From positions 13,614,391 to 13,678,390 of the forward strand of contig CM082583.2 in NCBI GenBank assembly GCA_040954595.2: 64,000 bases of DNA, read 5' to 3'. Position 1 is the first letter of the stretch. Each line of letters opens with the position of its first letter. This document shows positions 26,701 through 41,306 of the stretch, piece by piece. The stretch comes from Balanoglossus misakiensis (Eukaryota; Animalia; Hemichordata). The translations under genes and the position numbers were made by a program. The notes under the pieces are model-generated. The model did not search any database and was not told where the DNA came from. It worked only from the letters and a program-made list of their open reading frames with translations.

Positions 26701-29700
26701 GTACATGTCTGCAGTTAGTTAATCTGAATCAGTACAATCATTTTAGTTCTGATTTTTTAATTTGCTGGAAAATATTGCTTTAAAAACATGCAGATAACAT
26801 GCAGTGCCATCTTCAGTAAAATTTCTCAGATTTGTCCATTAACAATTTCATTTTATTGTTGGTGTTTTGTATTGCACAGGTTTAAGTTAATCAGGAGAAG
26901 AGTGATATGGTTGATAGGACAGTGGGTTGGTGTCAAGCTGTCCACTGATCTAAGACCAACTGTCTATGAAGCATTATTGCCTCTGTTAGCTGATACTGAA
27001 GATACTGTTGTCAGAATAACAGCTGCACAAACCCTTAAAATATATATCCTTTATGACTTTCTGTTAATTGCAGTCAAACAGATACATTTTCCATTAGACA
27101 GACTTTGAATTATGTTTTGAAAATAGAACCATGAAAACTGCAATAGGCTAGGATTTTATATCAAGAAATAAATCCAGATTATAAGATCTACAAAATACTT
27201 ACTGAACAAACTTTTACCAAAGCTCTTCGTGTAACTGTTTATTCCTTGACTGTATTTTCCACGTGTTGATGATTTTGAATTCAAGACAGAGCAGTTTATG
27301 CCTGTAAGTATGACACTGACCAGTTGAAGAGCTTTTTTTGTATCATGGCCAAAAGAAAATAATAATAATACTTGTCAGTTAAGTTAGTGTCCTAATTTGT
27401 AGGCTGCACAAAATATTGGTGTAACTGTTAGAGGTAATATTGCCATATTTTCATTTTCTTTTCAATGTTGATTAACGTTACTTCTTTCTCTTCTATCCCT
27501 CACTTGATAATTGAACAAAAGTTTATTATGTCTTTTTTATATACAACTCTTGCTCACTTTCTTGACAAATATTGAAATGTAACCAAACATGATGAAATTA
27601 AAAGTGTTTCAATTTGTCTCATCTTCCTTCAAGTATCTAGAGTCAAGTTTTGAGCTTTTGTTTCAACTTCTTCAGCAAGTATCTGAGTGTGATACTAAGG
27701 TGAGTCAAACTTTGGTAAAGACAACCATATTCTGTCAACAAAGATATCTAAATCCCTGAGGACTCGGCCAGTGGAATGACTTTTCTAGTCTTTGTTTTAT
27801 ATGTATAAAATTATGTATGGTGAAAATGGGTTTTCCTGAATAACAACCCAAAGCTAGCAGGCATTTAAAAAATCGGCCTTGCGGAACTTGCCTTTATTAT
27901 GAAGTAACCATTCCATTGTTCATGTAAAATTTGCTTTTAACTGAAATCTTAGTTATACTACTCACACCACCTGTTGATATACTTTACTTTTTAAAATGTC
28001 TTCAACATAAAACATCAACATCCATTCCTGACATGAGACATGACGAGAAAACACTTGGCTAATTTTTCAAGTTCTCGTCATCTGATTTTTCAGATGCAAG
28101 CACTGCATGTGATGTCCTTTGTGATTGAGAGAGTGGAAAGACAGATTCGTCCATACGTGTCTTCATTAATTCAGTATTTACCATTGCTATGGGAGGAATC
28201 TGCAGACTACAATATGTTGAGATGTGCAATTTTAACTACACTTATACACCTAGTACAGGTAGGTTTTTGATCACGCCCAGTCTGGGAATTCATGATATTA
28301 CTACCACACAAAACAAAGTAGGTTATCACTAGTCTTCTCAATACCGGAACTGAATCTTACTGTGTGGTAAGCCATAGACTTACATGTTACATCCACACAC
28401 TGTTTAGAAAGTCTTTGTTTTGAAAGATAGTCTGACGTCAAATGCGCTCACAATGCTTCAAGTCAGTTCTGAAAAAGGAGGAAAGGAAATACATGCATAA
28501 AAAGCCTACAAGCCCGCCAAATTTGCTGGAAATTGATACCAAACAGTTTTACATTATATCAAAATAAGTTTTTATAAGAAATCTTGTGGAAATCTTTTCT
28601 GTTATTTCAATTGTAGGGACTGGGATGTAGCAGTGTGTCTCTGTACTCATTTCTACTGCCAGTTATAAAATTCAGCACAGACGTAACACAACCTCCACAT
28701 GTCTACCTCTTAGAGGATGGCATTGATCTTTGGTAAGTGATCTGCATTTACAGAGGCATTACCCCACTTTACATATAATGTGGATTTATCCACAAATGAA
28801 TAATGCCAATCATACCCATTCATATTCCAGAGTTCGTAGGTCAAATATCACACTAACAAAGATAAACACAAAACAATACGGCATTCGGCTCAGCCAATAG
28901 CGCAGGCAATTAGCAAAACACAAAGAACAAAAGCCCATCTGTGAAAGAACGATATATGGACTTCCAGAAAAAAAGATCTTTAATATACAATTTGGGAGGA
29001 AATATCATAGAATATGAATTTGATTAGCCAGGCAAATAACCTTTTATATGTATCTGAATGTAAAGTTGAAAACTTTTGCTGTAAATGCATGTTTCTAAGG
29101 AAGTTCTGTATAAATTCTGCTTCAATGAGATGTGACATGAATCAGTCTGATATACAACCTGCTCATCATGGCTCCACTACTATGTTTACGTACAGTGCTT
29201 GCATCATCATTATCATAGTCACAGTGAGACCATTATCAGAAAAATCTGGTATATGTTTTATTATCTTCAACATTTTATATGTGGTCTGAAGATTTAACTT
29301 TGTCAGTAAATGATTTATTACAGGTTGGAAACGTTGCATCATGCACCAGCTATTACTCCCGAGCTGTTACAACTGTTTACAAACATGCCAGCTTTACTGG
29401 GTAAGTTTTGCAGATCTTAATTAACTGACGAGTAAAACATGTCTAGTATGCAATATGATTATTCTGTATTAACCAGTTTATTGCTTATCTTTTGTTGACA
29501 TACAAATTCGTTTTTGTATAATTGTATTTTATCAGATCCTTTTCTAGAAATGTTGAACAATATTTCACCAAGCAGGGAAATTAACTCAGACATTACATAT
29601 ATTGTGAAACATATCTCAGACAGTCTTTAACTTGCACTACACGAATCTGGTCAGATTGTTTATAGAGAATTGATGGTTATAATTTTTACTGTGAATGCAA

Positions 29701-32700
29701 TGTAAAATGTCTGGGAGCAGTTTGGGTGTTATATTTGAATGATAAAATGAGAAAAGTGGCATACAGTGGAAACACTTTGATGTCAAGGAAGTTGCCCTCA
29801 AACATTAATGATACAGCACATTGTCTCTGACTTTGATTTCATTTCAAAATTTACCTGATGAAACTTGAGCATGTATAGTCCTTAAAAGGCAAATTCAGAA
29901 ATATAGTTTAAGTGCAAGAGTTAATTTTAATTGATGCTTTTGTGCAACAGATCTTGGATCAGAAACCCTGAAGACATGCTTTAATATAATGACATCGTAC
30001 ATCTTGCTTGGACCAAACGAATTTTTACAGGTATTTATTATTTGTTTCATGTAGAAATAGAGGTTGTATGACACTTGTCTGTTTTTCTGTTTTAAAAGAA
30101 ATTTAATCAGGATAATTATTCCCGAAAGGAAATTATCTCCACAGCATGGGTAGACTTGGTGTGTCAAATGTAAACCAAATTTTGAAATCCTGGAGAATGG
30201 GTAAATTTTTGGAGTATACATGGGTTGATGTTTTACATGTGGGCCACACACACTCATATGAGGAGGGGGAGTGCCTCCCCCCTCGATCCACAGCTAAGAT
30301 AGTTGGTAAAATAATGAAATTTAGGTGGATTGCTTTCACTAGTTATCAGTCCTTATTTACATTGCAAACCCCACAAGCATTACATGTAGAAGGTACACAA
30401 ACAAATTAATTTTCTGTGTATGTTTGTATTTGTAGCTTTATTCAGGTACAGTCGTCAGTACCTGTGCTGCTCATCTTGGTGGTGATGTTAAACCAGAGGG
30501 TGTAGTCATGGTTGTTCGAGTAAGTAATTGTCATTGCTGGAATATATTCAGCTTTGTTATTCCTTTCATTGTAGTACTGAAACTTCCATTTAAATCCACA
30601 GAATATAGTGAGAGTGCAGATATGTGAAACAGGAGGATTATTAATAAATTGGTAAACATTTGCCATTTTTTTTAAACGCCACTGTTAGTGATGGGGAGCT
30701 TATCAGATAGGATCAATATAATTAGTGATCAACAGCAAGTTGGTCCAACCATATTCCATAAAATTGCCATTTGATGAATTTTTTTCAGGTCATGGAAATT
30801 GTTCTGAAAGTGTTTCCAGTGGAAGGATCTGAAATGTTCAAGCAACTTCTACCTGGCATACTTCAAGCAATATTGAAAGGGGATGTAAGTAAAACACAAC
30901 TGAAAATCAGACCAAATGCGGTTTTGCTGAATTTGGTTTAAATGTGCTTAAGTTTTGGCTAATGAACAGTGGAACAATTTAAGTTCAGGAATGTTTGTTA
31001 GTGTATGCTCACACAAGGTATGGTCAATTGCAGTGTTGCACCTTTGTGTGAATTGAGTGTGAATGAGACATGATTATGTTGGGGCCTCAGATGAAACAGT
31101 AAGTAATGCACTTATTGATATCTTACAGGAATATCCCATGGTGATGTCAATGTATCTGTCCATCTTTGCCAGAATTATATTGCAGAATGAACGGTTCTTT
31201 TTCTCTATTATTGAAGATGTCAGTATACAGTGGGAAAAACTGGTAAGATTAGGTGTAGAGGTTGTGCAATGAATGGCGGAATGAGCTGTACCAGTTTATT
31301 GTTGGGCAGATCAGTGTTCAGTCCCCAAACATGCCAGCTTGAAGTTGCATGTAAATAATAGCTGTGCAGCACATAGTTACAGATCTTTGATGATTGAATT
31401 GCAATCTAACAGAATATTCAGATGACCTGTCCAGTACAAAATCAAGAAAAATAATTGGCCGCAAAAAACAAGTCTTATGTGTATAAGTGTCCAATTCAAT
31501 GTCAATAGTGTTCATGTCCATCATTTCTCAAAGGTTTTACATCAATATGTCTTCTGAAACTGGCTACTAATACAATACACACTGTGTTTAATTATGAACA
31601 TGTATCATCATCAGTATCATTTCAACTTTAAATATGAAAGATGAATTACAATGTACTCATTTCTTCCAAGCAGAATTCTACTTTCATTTCATTTTTTTTG
31701 TGAACACAGAGTTCAGAAATTCTTAGTTCACTGATCGACATTAATGTTGAGAGGATAGACTCAATAACACAAACTGAAAGGAGAAAATTGATTGCTTTTG
31801 CTCTGGGTAGCTTACTCGGTGTTAATTCCAGGTGAGTCAGTTTGAAATATTGTTTGAATGCCCAGTGCATTTTCAAATCCCAATTGAAGTTTCCAAGCCT
31901 CAACCTGACTTTCAGTCCCTGCATAAATCTCAATCTTTAGTTTTGTCTAAACATCAAATCAGACCCGGCATAAAAATACCTGGCCACTATCACCTAGTAA
32001 AATATTTTTTTTTTTTTTTAAATAACACTAAATCCATCAACCCCCCCTTCCCTGCCAGTGAGTAAAGGTACACTGTTATCTAGTGGTGTGAAACTTACAG
32101 TAATCACTCAATGGTAGGCCAGCAGAGTATATTGTGTCCTTCACATTTGGAATTAATGTAGAAATTGCTGATAACATACTTTTGTACCTCATGTATATCA
32201 TTGATGGTTTAGCATTGTATATGTAGCTTTCATAGATTGCCATTAAACCGTATGCTATCAAACAGTCTTTATTCCTTTCTGATACAGCATCATACAGGAT
32301 AAATTCTGTGGAATAATTTACTACTTGGTTGAAGTGCTTCATGATGTTTGCAGGAGTGAATCAGGAATTCAGTCTGAGTAAGTTTTCAAATAGTTGAAAG
32401 TTGTGCTCAGTGCATAAAGTTTGGAGTGTGTGAATGAGCTTTATCATGCACATGTATCTTGATATACATGCCTGTGTAATGTTTTGGGACAAGTGCCTTC
32501 AATTTACGTGTAGTTCTTGCAATCCTTTTGACCAAAGATTCAACGGATTTGTGTGAGCCTTCACCAGCAATATAGCAAAATGCTTCTAAATCACAGTGCC
32601 TGACAATCCAATAATTCTGGTGGCTGTAAACCCCTGGCACAGAGTTCCCTAGCACAAACCCTCGTGCAAACTCTGTAAAGTATGATCTAAATGATTGCTC

Positions 32701-33646
32701 GTAATGTTGTTGCTTATGTTCTGTAAACCAGGGCAGTTGTCAAATCCAATTATTGTGAGTTGCTTAGGCCCATACATGTAGTTGAATCCAAGTCCAATGT
32801 CATTAACATGATCCACAGCATAGATTTAGTGTCATAAAATGTGACTGAAGCTATTATTTCAATATCCAGCTATTTAGTTATGTCCGAGAGAGAAGAACTA
32901 GATGACGAGTATGAGACTGAACATGATAAAAGAAGGCGGAAGGTATGTATGCAGCGCAAAAATAAATTTTATTATTAAAATGTGAACATGGTCTCAAGAT
33001 GAATATATAATCTTTGAGTGTTCCGTACTCATGCAAAAGATATGATGATACCATTGCGTGTCAGATCGATTGCTTGTATAGTGGATGAATGTCAGGATGT
33101 GATATTGCTATTCAGAAACTACATGTAAAATACACTTTTAAAGACATCCAAAGTTCATAAATTACAGTAATTTGAAACACAACTTTGGATAGCTTTTTGC
33201 AGTCAGGATCACTATGATTCTGTGGGTTGGTCAAAATTTTAAGGGTGTAATTTTCACAGAAAATTACTTGTCTTTAGTATACCACGATGTTACATCTGTG
33301 AAAAAAACTAACATGAAATCTAAAACGTAAGCAAAACTACTTAACTGAGCATGATACTTGCCGTTGCAAAATCAAGAAAGTTCCATGCGTATCAATGATA
33401 GTTTATGCATGTTTAGTGGTCTCTTATGAAAACCTGATTTGATACATTCAATGCATGTGCTTACATTTTCTCACCTCTGATTTTCAGCTGTCACTGAAGG
33501 ACCCAGTTCATTCAGTTTCACTGAGAGATTTTGTCATCAACAAGTTATCAGCCTGTCAACAACTTTATGGCCAGCAAACTTTTGAATCAATGATGGGCTC
33601 AGTTGATGTAGAGATTGTTCAGCAGATGCAACAGTTTGTAAAGTGA
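20757..33646 (+). CDS. IPO11: Importin-11 (RanBP11), multi-exon
   Basis: Exons give MDFETAGQMVLQTLNRAASQD...LKPAEQQLRQWETQPGFYSIL, IRWLAVLYFKNGVDRYWRK, QLAVVIAKISRLDCPRNWP, HHVTKTLASKRL, IRRRVIWLIGQWV, VDDFEF, YLPLLWEESADYNMLRCAILTTL, HVYLLEDG, ETEHDKRRRK, and the final exon 33489-33646 LKDPVHSVSL...VDVEIVQQMQQFVK*. Confidence 0.96.
27044..27262 (+). other. AT-AC U12-type intron in IPO11
   Basis: 5' ATATCCTTT; branch point TTCCTTGAC at 27242-27250; terminal CAC at 27260-27262. Splicing restores TLKICVDDFEF, which matches importin-11. Confidence 0.93.
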
Positions 33647-34586
33647 AGCATGATGCAAATATGGCAGTGTGCAAGGAATAAGTTTGTGTGGTATTAAACA
33701 TATCTGTTTTGAAATCATTGTAATCTAAATATACACACAATTTTCTTGACCGTGACCATTGCATAGTTTTATGTGCTGTTGAGTGTACATGTATAACTAA
33801 ATCTGCGGTGGAATTTACTCGCCTGGAACTGATAGAGAGTAGGACATGTTTGATAAATGAATGAACTGTGTAGAGTAAACTGTTTACACAACAAAGACGC
33901 CAACAAATTATTTTCAAGAGGAATAAACACCCAATACATTTACACAGGTTTATACTGTCTTTGCACTGAGTTAGATTTGTTTGCGTTTAATACCCACAGA
34001 AGACATCATATCCAGAGCCATTTCACAGACATGCCTGTACATTATTCAAACTTGGTATCATGACAGTAAATATACCATGACGTACATTTTTGTTATGATA
34101 AAATCCAATATGGCTGCCAGACTGCCATTTTGTTGTGATTTTTCATGTCTGATCATGTTATTTTCATGCACACAACTGCGTTTCAGACCCAAACAAGACT
34201 GCATGCTCAAGTATGTAGCCTTCACTGCAGCAACTGTTAATAGATCCCTGTGGATCTACAATGCCCAAGAGTTCTGGTAATAATCAGCTCTAGCATAGAC
34301 CCTGGGGCCACTTTATGGTTCTGGTAATTGATGGACGTAGGCTATGGCCTACTGGGTGGAATACACACTAATGCAAGAACCAGGGATTGAAGATGGTGAC
34401 TTTCAAGGTACATGTATGTGGCCTGCTGGTCACCTATGTAAATTTACACAAAGTTACCATGGAAAGTTATATTTAAATCTAGCCAATCACAGATTTCATA
34501 GTGGCCCCATGAAAAAATGTGCTATCACATGGTCATGCAAAAACTTTGGGTAGATGTATGATTAAGAGATGATTGTAATCCTTTAA

Positions 34587-35023
34587 ACCCCGGTGCGGGG
34601 TATAAAAGACCCCCCAAATCAGTGGCGAATCTTAATGCCGTTTGACTGACAACAGACAACACCAACGATCTTGGCTCTATGAAAATCGCCCCAAACAGGT
34701 CCAAGAATAAAGAATTACACCACACAAGGACAGTAGTTGGCTTTATAAACACACACAACATAAAGTTATCGACGAAAAAGTACACGAGCTTTTGAAACAA
34801 TGATTTTGGGAGAAATCTGGTTTCAGTGCTTTTCAGAAGCGTCCCTGGGAAACAATAACCACGCCATTCAAACAGCTGTCAATCGTGTGGAAGTGTGAAG
34901 TGTTCAATTATTTTCTGTGTACATGAGATCAATTACACAGTCATTATGAACGACGACCACTCCCTAATAAACAACTATACAAACACACGTTAATCCGAAT
35001 CCCTGGCCTTTCCGCACCGGGGT
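34587..35023. mobile_element. TTAA-flanked non-autonomous TIR element (437 bp)
   Basis: TTAA|ACCCCGGTGCGG ... CCGCACCGGGGT|TTAA: 12-bp perfect TIR. Confidence 0.75.
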
Positions 35024-35933
35024 TTAATTCTTTTGGTGTGTTCTACTATTTATGTCTTTCAAGCACTGTTCTCTGTTGATAAATACATTTTAAATTTTTT
35101 TCGTATTTAGCAATTATTGCTGCGTATGCTTTTTTAATTTTAAAATGTACATTTTTAATTTGAAAGTGCAGTGGAAAAAACTTACAATGTAAGTTTCGGA
35201 TTCATCTCTCTGTTAATAAAGGTGGAGGGATACTCTTTGGTGCTAAATGATGTGTGTGTTGGAAAACTTATGATCATGGTGCTCCTTATGTGAACAAATT
35301 AGAGAGAATGTCTTACATTTTATTTCTGGGGTGATTGAAAATAGGCAATACAATATTGTAAGAATGCCTGTAGAAACCAGTAAGACACTGTTGGAAGAGG
35401 ACAGGGCTAATAAGTAAGTAATCGTTGTCATTTTATGGGGAATTGATTAGTGAACAAAATATATGTGAAATTCATACAATATACAAGCTGCATTACTCAA
35501 TCAAGCGAGCTGTGTATAAAGCTAAACTCCAGAACATGTTTCATCGTACATTCTCAAAAAATGAAAAAGTGAAAGTACTCTTCATACTAATTACTTTCTT
35601 GTATAACTTGCATTGTATAAATTAAAAAAATGAATATAACATCTTTCATGGGTCACCACCATCTCACTTTCCCATGATAAATTAACATGAACACTTCATA
35701 AATCATGTATGTGGATTTCAAAAATATTATTAACAATTCCAAAATATTAAAATCTTATATTTATAATTCTTAAATATATTAAATTGGATTGGATTTGAAG
35801 CAACTTTGTAAACTGCACTATATGTGACTAATAAAGTTAAACTAAACAAAAATAAATGCTATTATCAAAAATGTCACTTAAACTGTATTATTACTTTTAC
35901 AACTCAGCATTGAACATTTTGTCAATTCTCATA

Positions 35934-38900
35934 TTAATGCACTCTTCTCTTCTTATGTTTTGGTTTTGTTAAATGTTTTCCAGCGGATGGCAGGGACTCC
36001 TGCTTTGATGTTGTTACCAAGGCTCTATCCATCAGTAACTTGTGGAAAGAATTCTCAGAAGACTGATAATCATCGTTGATGCTGTCTCCGCTACTTGACT
36101 CAATAGCAGAATGGTCAGATGTTCCTCCAGCTTGAAATATCAGAGAGTCATATTCACTGTTGTCAGACAACTGTGCTGGTGATCTTGGCGGTTCTTCACC
36201 AGATAGATCAAATGACTCATAGTATTCTCCATCATGTGATCTTTTTCTGGTGAAGTAATCAACAGGAACATCCACATTTACCTCATCCGGCTTTTGAGTG
36301 ACCATTCTATGTAGACATGCCAAAGGGCTTGGTTTAGTTACTCCATATAGCAGTGAAAGGGTGGTCTTATTTTCTGGCATGCCTTCACTAGACTTGGATT
36401 TAGTACCATCAGAGGGCCCCTCCTGGATTTCGCCATCGATGATAGTCAGTCTCTGTACATATGGGAACATCTTTGTTGAAGTTTGAATACTAAACTCTGA
36501 AGATTCTAGATCATTGTTTACCCTTGGCATTTTTGTGTCAGATTCCATTTCCTCCTCTTGATCAAAGTTTTTTATTTGACAGTTCCCAGATGTAACTTGG
36601 TTTGTCATTCTTGTAGCACTTCTTGTTTGTGGTCTACTCTTGCCTGTTTGGGTAGATTTTGGTTTATCACAGTCTGGCTGATCATCTGTCTGCAAGTCAT
36701 TACTGATATCCTTTTTATTCTTCAGCAGATATTTTAGTTTTTGTGTAAGCTCTTCCCTTTGCTCTTTCAACTGCATGATGTTGGTGTGTTTGGGTTCACA
36801 TACTTGTTCAAGTTGTGCCTTGCAAGAACTTTCCACGTGACTTGGCAGCAGTAGAGAAAGAGGTGTCTGTGAAAATCAGAGATATTTCAGTATACATGTA
36901 CCTTGTGCAAAAAGTGAGACTAGTGTAGTTGTTATTGAGTTTCATGCTGTTGTGATCATCAGGCAAAGTTCTCTGAGCACTCTGAAGCGTGTATTAGCTC
37001 AGTGACACAGGGGCAACAATGGTGGTTGGTTACGTTTTCTTGATGGGGTAATTGCAAAAGTGTGAGACTCAGAGTCACAACTAAGTGGTCACCTCAACAA
37101 AAAATAGTACTAGCTTGACATGATAACAATTTCTTGGAAGTCAAACATCTAAGGAAATTACCTTCTCATATAATTGCCGACTCTTTGCAAATTCACTGAA
37201 ACCACTCACAGGTCTATCCATTGCTACATCCGATGACTTGTGTTCAGCTGCTGTTGATAGCATGTTACATGGTAGAGTTGCAGGATTTTGAGCATGGATA
37301 CATTGACTGACTCGTGCTGTAAACTTAGGTGGTACCCCATATGAGGAAAGATAAGAACTAACTGCTGGTTTACAGTAGTTGTAGAAAGTGACTGGTTGAT
37401 TCAGTTGGTTTAATGTAGCATTATTTACTAAATTTTTTTTAATTCTATTCAGAATCACATTAGCTTTCTCTTCCCTGCAAGAGAAAAATGATATGCAATT
37501 GTTAAAATTCATGCCATGCCATCTCCCTTCAATGAAAGTAATGAAAAAGAATTAAATTTCATGAGTAATGTAATGTAGCACTGACATGCAATGTTTGATT
37601 TTCAACCCACCCTGCTTTTAGTGCAGCATATCACCCAATGTATATGTAATTGTACAGTATAGGGTTAGCGGGGTTATGCCTGCCCGAGGGTATACAAAGT
37701 CATATTTTCATGCTAACTACTATTATACATGTGACACCTTTGCCATGGCTTTCCTTGCATGTTCACTGTTTTTCTGCCAATTTAAGATAACAATGCACTC
37801 TCAACTAGCAACAGGCCATCATTTTTTTTTTACATACTGCTGTCATCTCCAGCTTCATGAGAGACTGACATATCGGTACTTTGGGAAATGACAGCATCTG
37901 GGCCATTCCACTTGATGGAGATGTTGACGGTAGACTACTGACGAATACATTTCATTCAAAAACAGTCAACAAAATCAATATTTGCTGGAGCATAGACTCT
38001 ATATCTTAGGGAAGGAAGATATTTTAACATCATTGCAAACCATGTATATTTGCTCTTTTTATTTCTGTTGCAAATCCCCTCTAAATGGTGCAAAAACCAG
38101 CAACATCTTTGTTGGTCCTCAACACTGTATAATTTGCCAAACAGAGACACATGACATAGTGAGACTGGGGCACCTCTAAAGTGTTATGGAACAGTCATTC
38201 TCCAGTCACTTCCTATACTTTAAGTGTGATACAAACTTTATTTTACAATAGCTTTTAGTTTTACCTCTCATCTTTTTCAAGTCCTTGGCCGATTGGTTTT
38301 GATGTCATGTTTCCACTTTTGGCATCAAATATTTGGTGTATTATGTAAAGCAGATTGTCTGCAAGTATCGTCTGCTCCTTCAGGAGGTATCTGATTCGCT
38401 TTGTTATCTATCAACAAACAAGTGTTATTTATTAGATTCAAACAATACACATTCTTCTCAAACATTAGAGTTTCCTTGTATTGATTGCAGTGTATAAAGA
38501 AATAATGCAAATGTACTGATTGTGTGTGCTTGTGTTCTAAAATGATATCTTACAAACGGCTGAACAGATTCAAGTCAAATTCCGTACATAGGTAGTTTTG
38601 AAATGGCTGGAACCAATAATAGTTTGGGCATGATGGCTTGCAGTTTATTTTTAATGAAGTTATCAAAAATCAAAATTGTTCTGATAATTGTCTATGGATT
38701 ATGACATGGTGGTCGTATACAGAGAATTAATGCATCGATTTGATGAAATCATCTATAGCCACTAATCTCACAACGTTATGATAGTACTGGACTGCACCTT
38801 TACTAGTGTCATCATTTATTCATAATCTTTGTGCATCTAATTTCAGAAAACAATCACAGTGTCATTTTAAATTTTATTTCCCATAGGCTTGTAATACTTC

Positions 38901-40405
38901 TGGCTGCAACAAACCATAAAAGTTTTGAACAAGTCACGAAATTGTTGAATATGTTTTAGAGATACTGAGGTAAATATCACTTAACATTTAACAATTAGTT
39001 ACATGAATTGACAAACTGTTCAGTGGTAGACCTTGACAAGAAAAGGCCAACATGGGGCTTCCATAGTGAAGCAAAAATCAAGGAAGACAAAGGTTCTTTA
39101 TCTGGCACTGAACAGGAATTCACTGTGAAAATGGTAAATACTGAATAATATTAGACTAATTAGGTAAAAAAAATAATTTTGAACAGAAATAAAAGTTAAC
39201 TCACCACAGGATATTTCATCCAGCCATCAATGGTATCCACATTAATGCAATACAGCAGCTCTAATAAATGCCTGAACACCGTGGGATCAGATGCATACTC
39301 TTTCTATACATGCACACAAAAAGAAGATTAAAGCTGCCACATAGAATCATTGGCTGCATATAATACACAAAAATATTTCGATATTAAAAGTAGCAGTGAA
39401 AGTTTTTTTTTTTTGGTTTCTCACTTACCTTAATTTCATTAACAACAGTAATGAATGGCATCAGATTTGAACCAGAAACCATGAATTCTACATATTAATG
39501 GAGAACAAAGAAAGTTCAATTTTTTTATTATATAGGAAACTTGTTTTATTTAAAGTTTGAATGGATATGGTTTTCTGCTAAAACCTGCAGAAGATAATGA
39601 TGTTGATGGTGAAAATAACTACAGCAACTACCGGTAGATGCTTAATGTGGATTTGTGAACCACCAGTATGATAAATTTAAAAAATGTCAATGCCCAATGT
39701 TCTACCATACTCGGCTGACCCTGTCTCACAGAAAACACACGTACCAAAGTCAAAATCATGAACTTTCCCACCAAATATATCCGCAACCAAATACCCCTGC
39801 TCAAATGTTATTTTTTTAAGTAAAGAAGTGTTGACATATCATACTTACTTGGAGAATACAAATGACCCAAGCAATGCCTAACTCTTTCTGGAAGGAAAGA
39901 TCTTGCTAGGTCACTTGGGCCAATCAGTGGCGATTTTACCTGCATCTTTGACCTTACTGTAGTTGTAGAAAGAAAGTTAGTAAAACCCACTGAAAACAGT
40001 TTAAATTATTAGCTGCATGCTTTTTATTTGTAGTATATCTGAAAAAAAATGTTTCCAGAAACGATTCAAATAGCTAAAAAACTAATGTCCACCCTGATGT
40101 CCACAAAACTGAGACACGGACCCGCAGTAATAGTATTATTAAAATGTGTATAAAGACTAAGGTCAGACTCTGAGCGAAAATGTAAAACACAACCAATAAA
40201 TCAGTTCTTGGCACCTTTACCTTTCCGATCCCTGTAAACGCCGACAAATCTTAACCATTTCTATACTTTAGAGTTAAATAGATTATAACTATTTACTACG
40301 GTACAAAATGAAATGTATATCATTTTGGAACAGATTTTGAGAATTGCCGGTGCCAGATTCATACAGCGGGAACAACAGTTCGGTTGGCCTATTTGTCTCT
40401 GTCAT
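35934..40405 (-). CDS. Uncharacterised multi-exon protein with a low-complexity acidic/Ser-rich C-terminus and terminal basic NLS-like motif
   Basis: Phase-compatible minus-strand exons: 40221-40260, 39849-39989, 39429-39487, 39205-39303, 38265-38407, ~38042-38175, 37162-37474 and a last exon 35934-36866 (~310 codons, ends KPKHKKRRVH*). The start codon (ATG at 40405?) and the junctions at 37.5-38.0 kb are uncertain. Confidence 0.7.
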
Positions 40406-41130
40406 CAAAAAGAATACGAAGAGAATACTCGATGAAAACGGGACAAAAAGTGTCTCACCTATCATTGCCTATGATGCGAACTCCTTCCCCGAAAGGGAAG
40501 TGTTTTGTGGAGAGCGCGCGCGCACAACTTCGAGCAGACGACACATCCACGCGCACGCGAAGCTAGAAGCGAAATTCATTTGGATTATCCTCGTTCGCAG
40601 ACATAACTGCCTAGAACTATCTGTAAAGACGTAAAAATATGATATCAACAGAAACATTCCTATACACGAGAAAATAAGGATGACAATCAACAGTTCACAA
40701 AATTGTTGCCATTAAATGTTCTTCGGGAATCATGCCATAGAACAAAAACCAAGAACATGGAAAATCCTCTGTCCCCCAAATTAATTTGTGGACACTCCCC
40801 TACATGTACCGAGAAAAACAAGCGACTGTGGTGCGTGCTCAATGCGTAATACAGTATAATCGTGACGACCCTTGCTCTGTAGTTCAAAGCGTTATGCTAT
40901 TCTGTATTTCCCGGACCCGTCATGATGATATTTGTGTATCGGAGGCGGGGAGGTATTGAACTTTCTGGATGCGGATGTTATTTTCTTCTCCAGATACGTA
41001 TAAATTTCCAATAGCTCGTTGCGGCAAATTTCAACTGCATGAGAATGAATGGAGCATGATAGGAGGCGCTGGCGATGGATATGACTATGAGAGCATGCAT
41101 CTACGCTACTCTCCACTTTTACCATTTGGT
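40340..41130. promoter_or_regulatory. CpG-rich, probably bidirectional promoter region
   Basis: CpG/GCGC clusters (40513-40560) between the 5' end of the minus-strand gene and a plus-strand exon ending TTTG|GTAAGT at 41128. Confidence 0.5.
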
Positions 41131-41306
41131 AAGTATTAATACTATTTTAAACCACGATGTATTTGCATGCAGTCATCTGTGTGTTTAGAATAACAGAAAG
41201 GCATTTCACAGTGATGATGATGTTAATCAACATCACCTCTCAAAGACGATATTTAAACCTGGAGCGGAGAAACGAATCAATCTGACAGTGAAAACAATGA
41301 GAATAC

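Noticed and set aside
20757-33646. Nested LRRC70-like gene, as in vertebrate IPO11
   Set aside because: The introns are short and contain no long LRR-encoding ORF.
38554-39123. Extra candidate minus-strand exons at ~38554-38660 and ~39032-39123
   Set aside because: They are phase-incompatible with the 39205 donor, and the frame joins directly to 38407 without them; they cannot be supported without cDNA.
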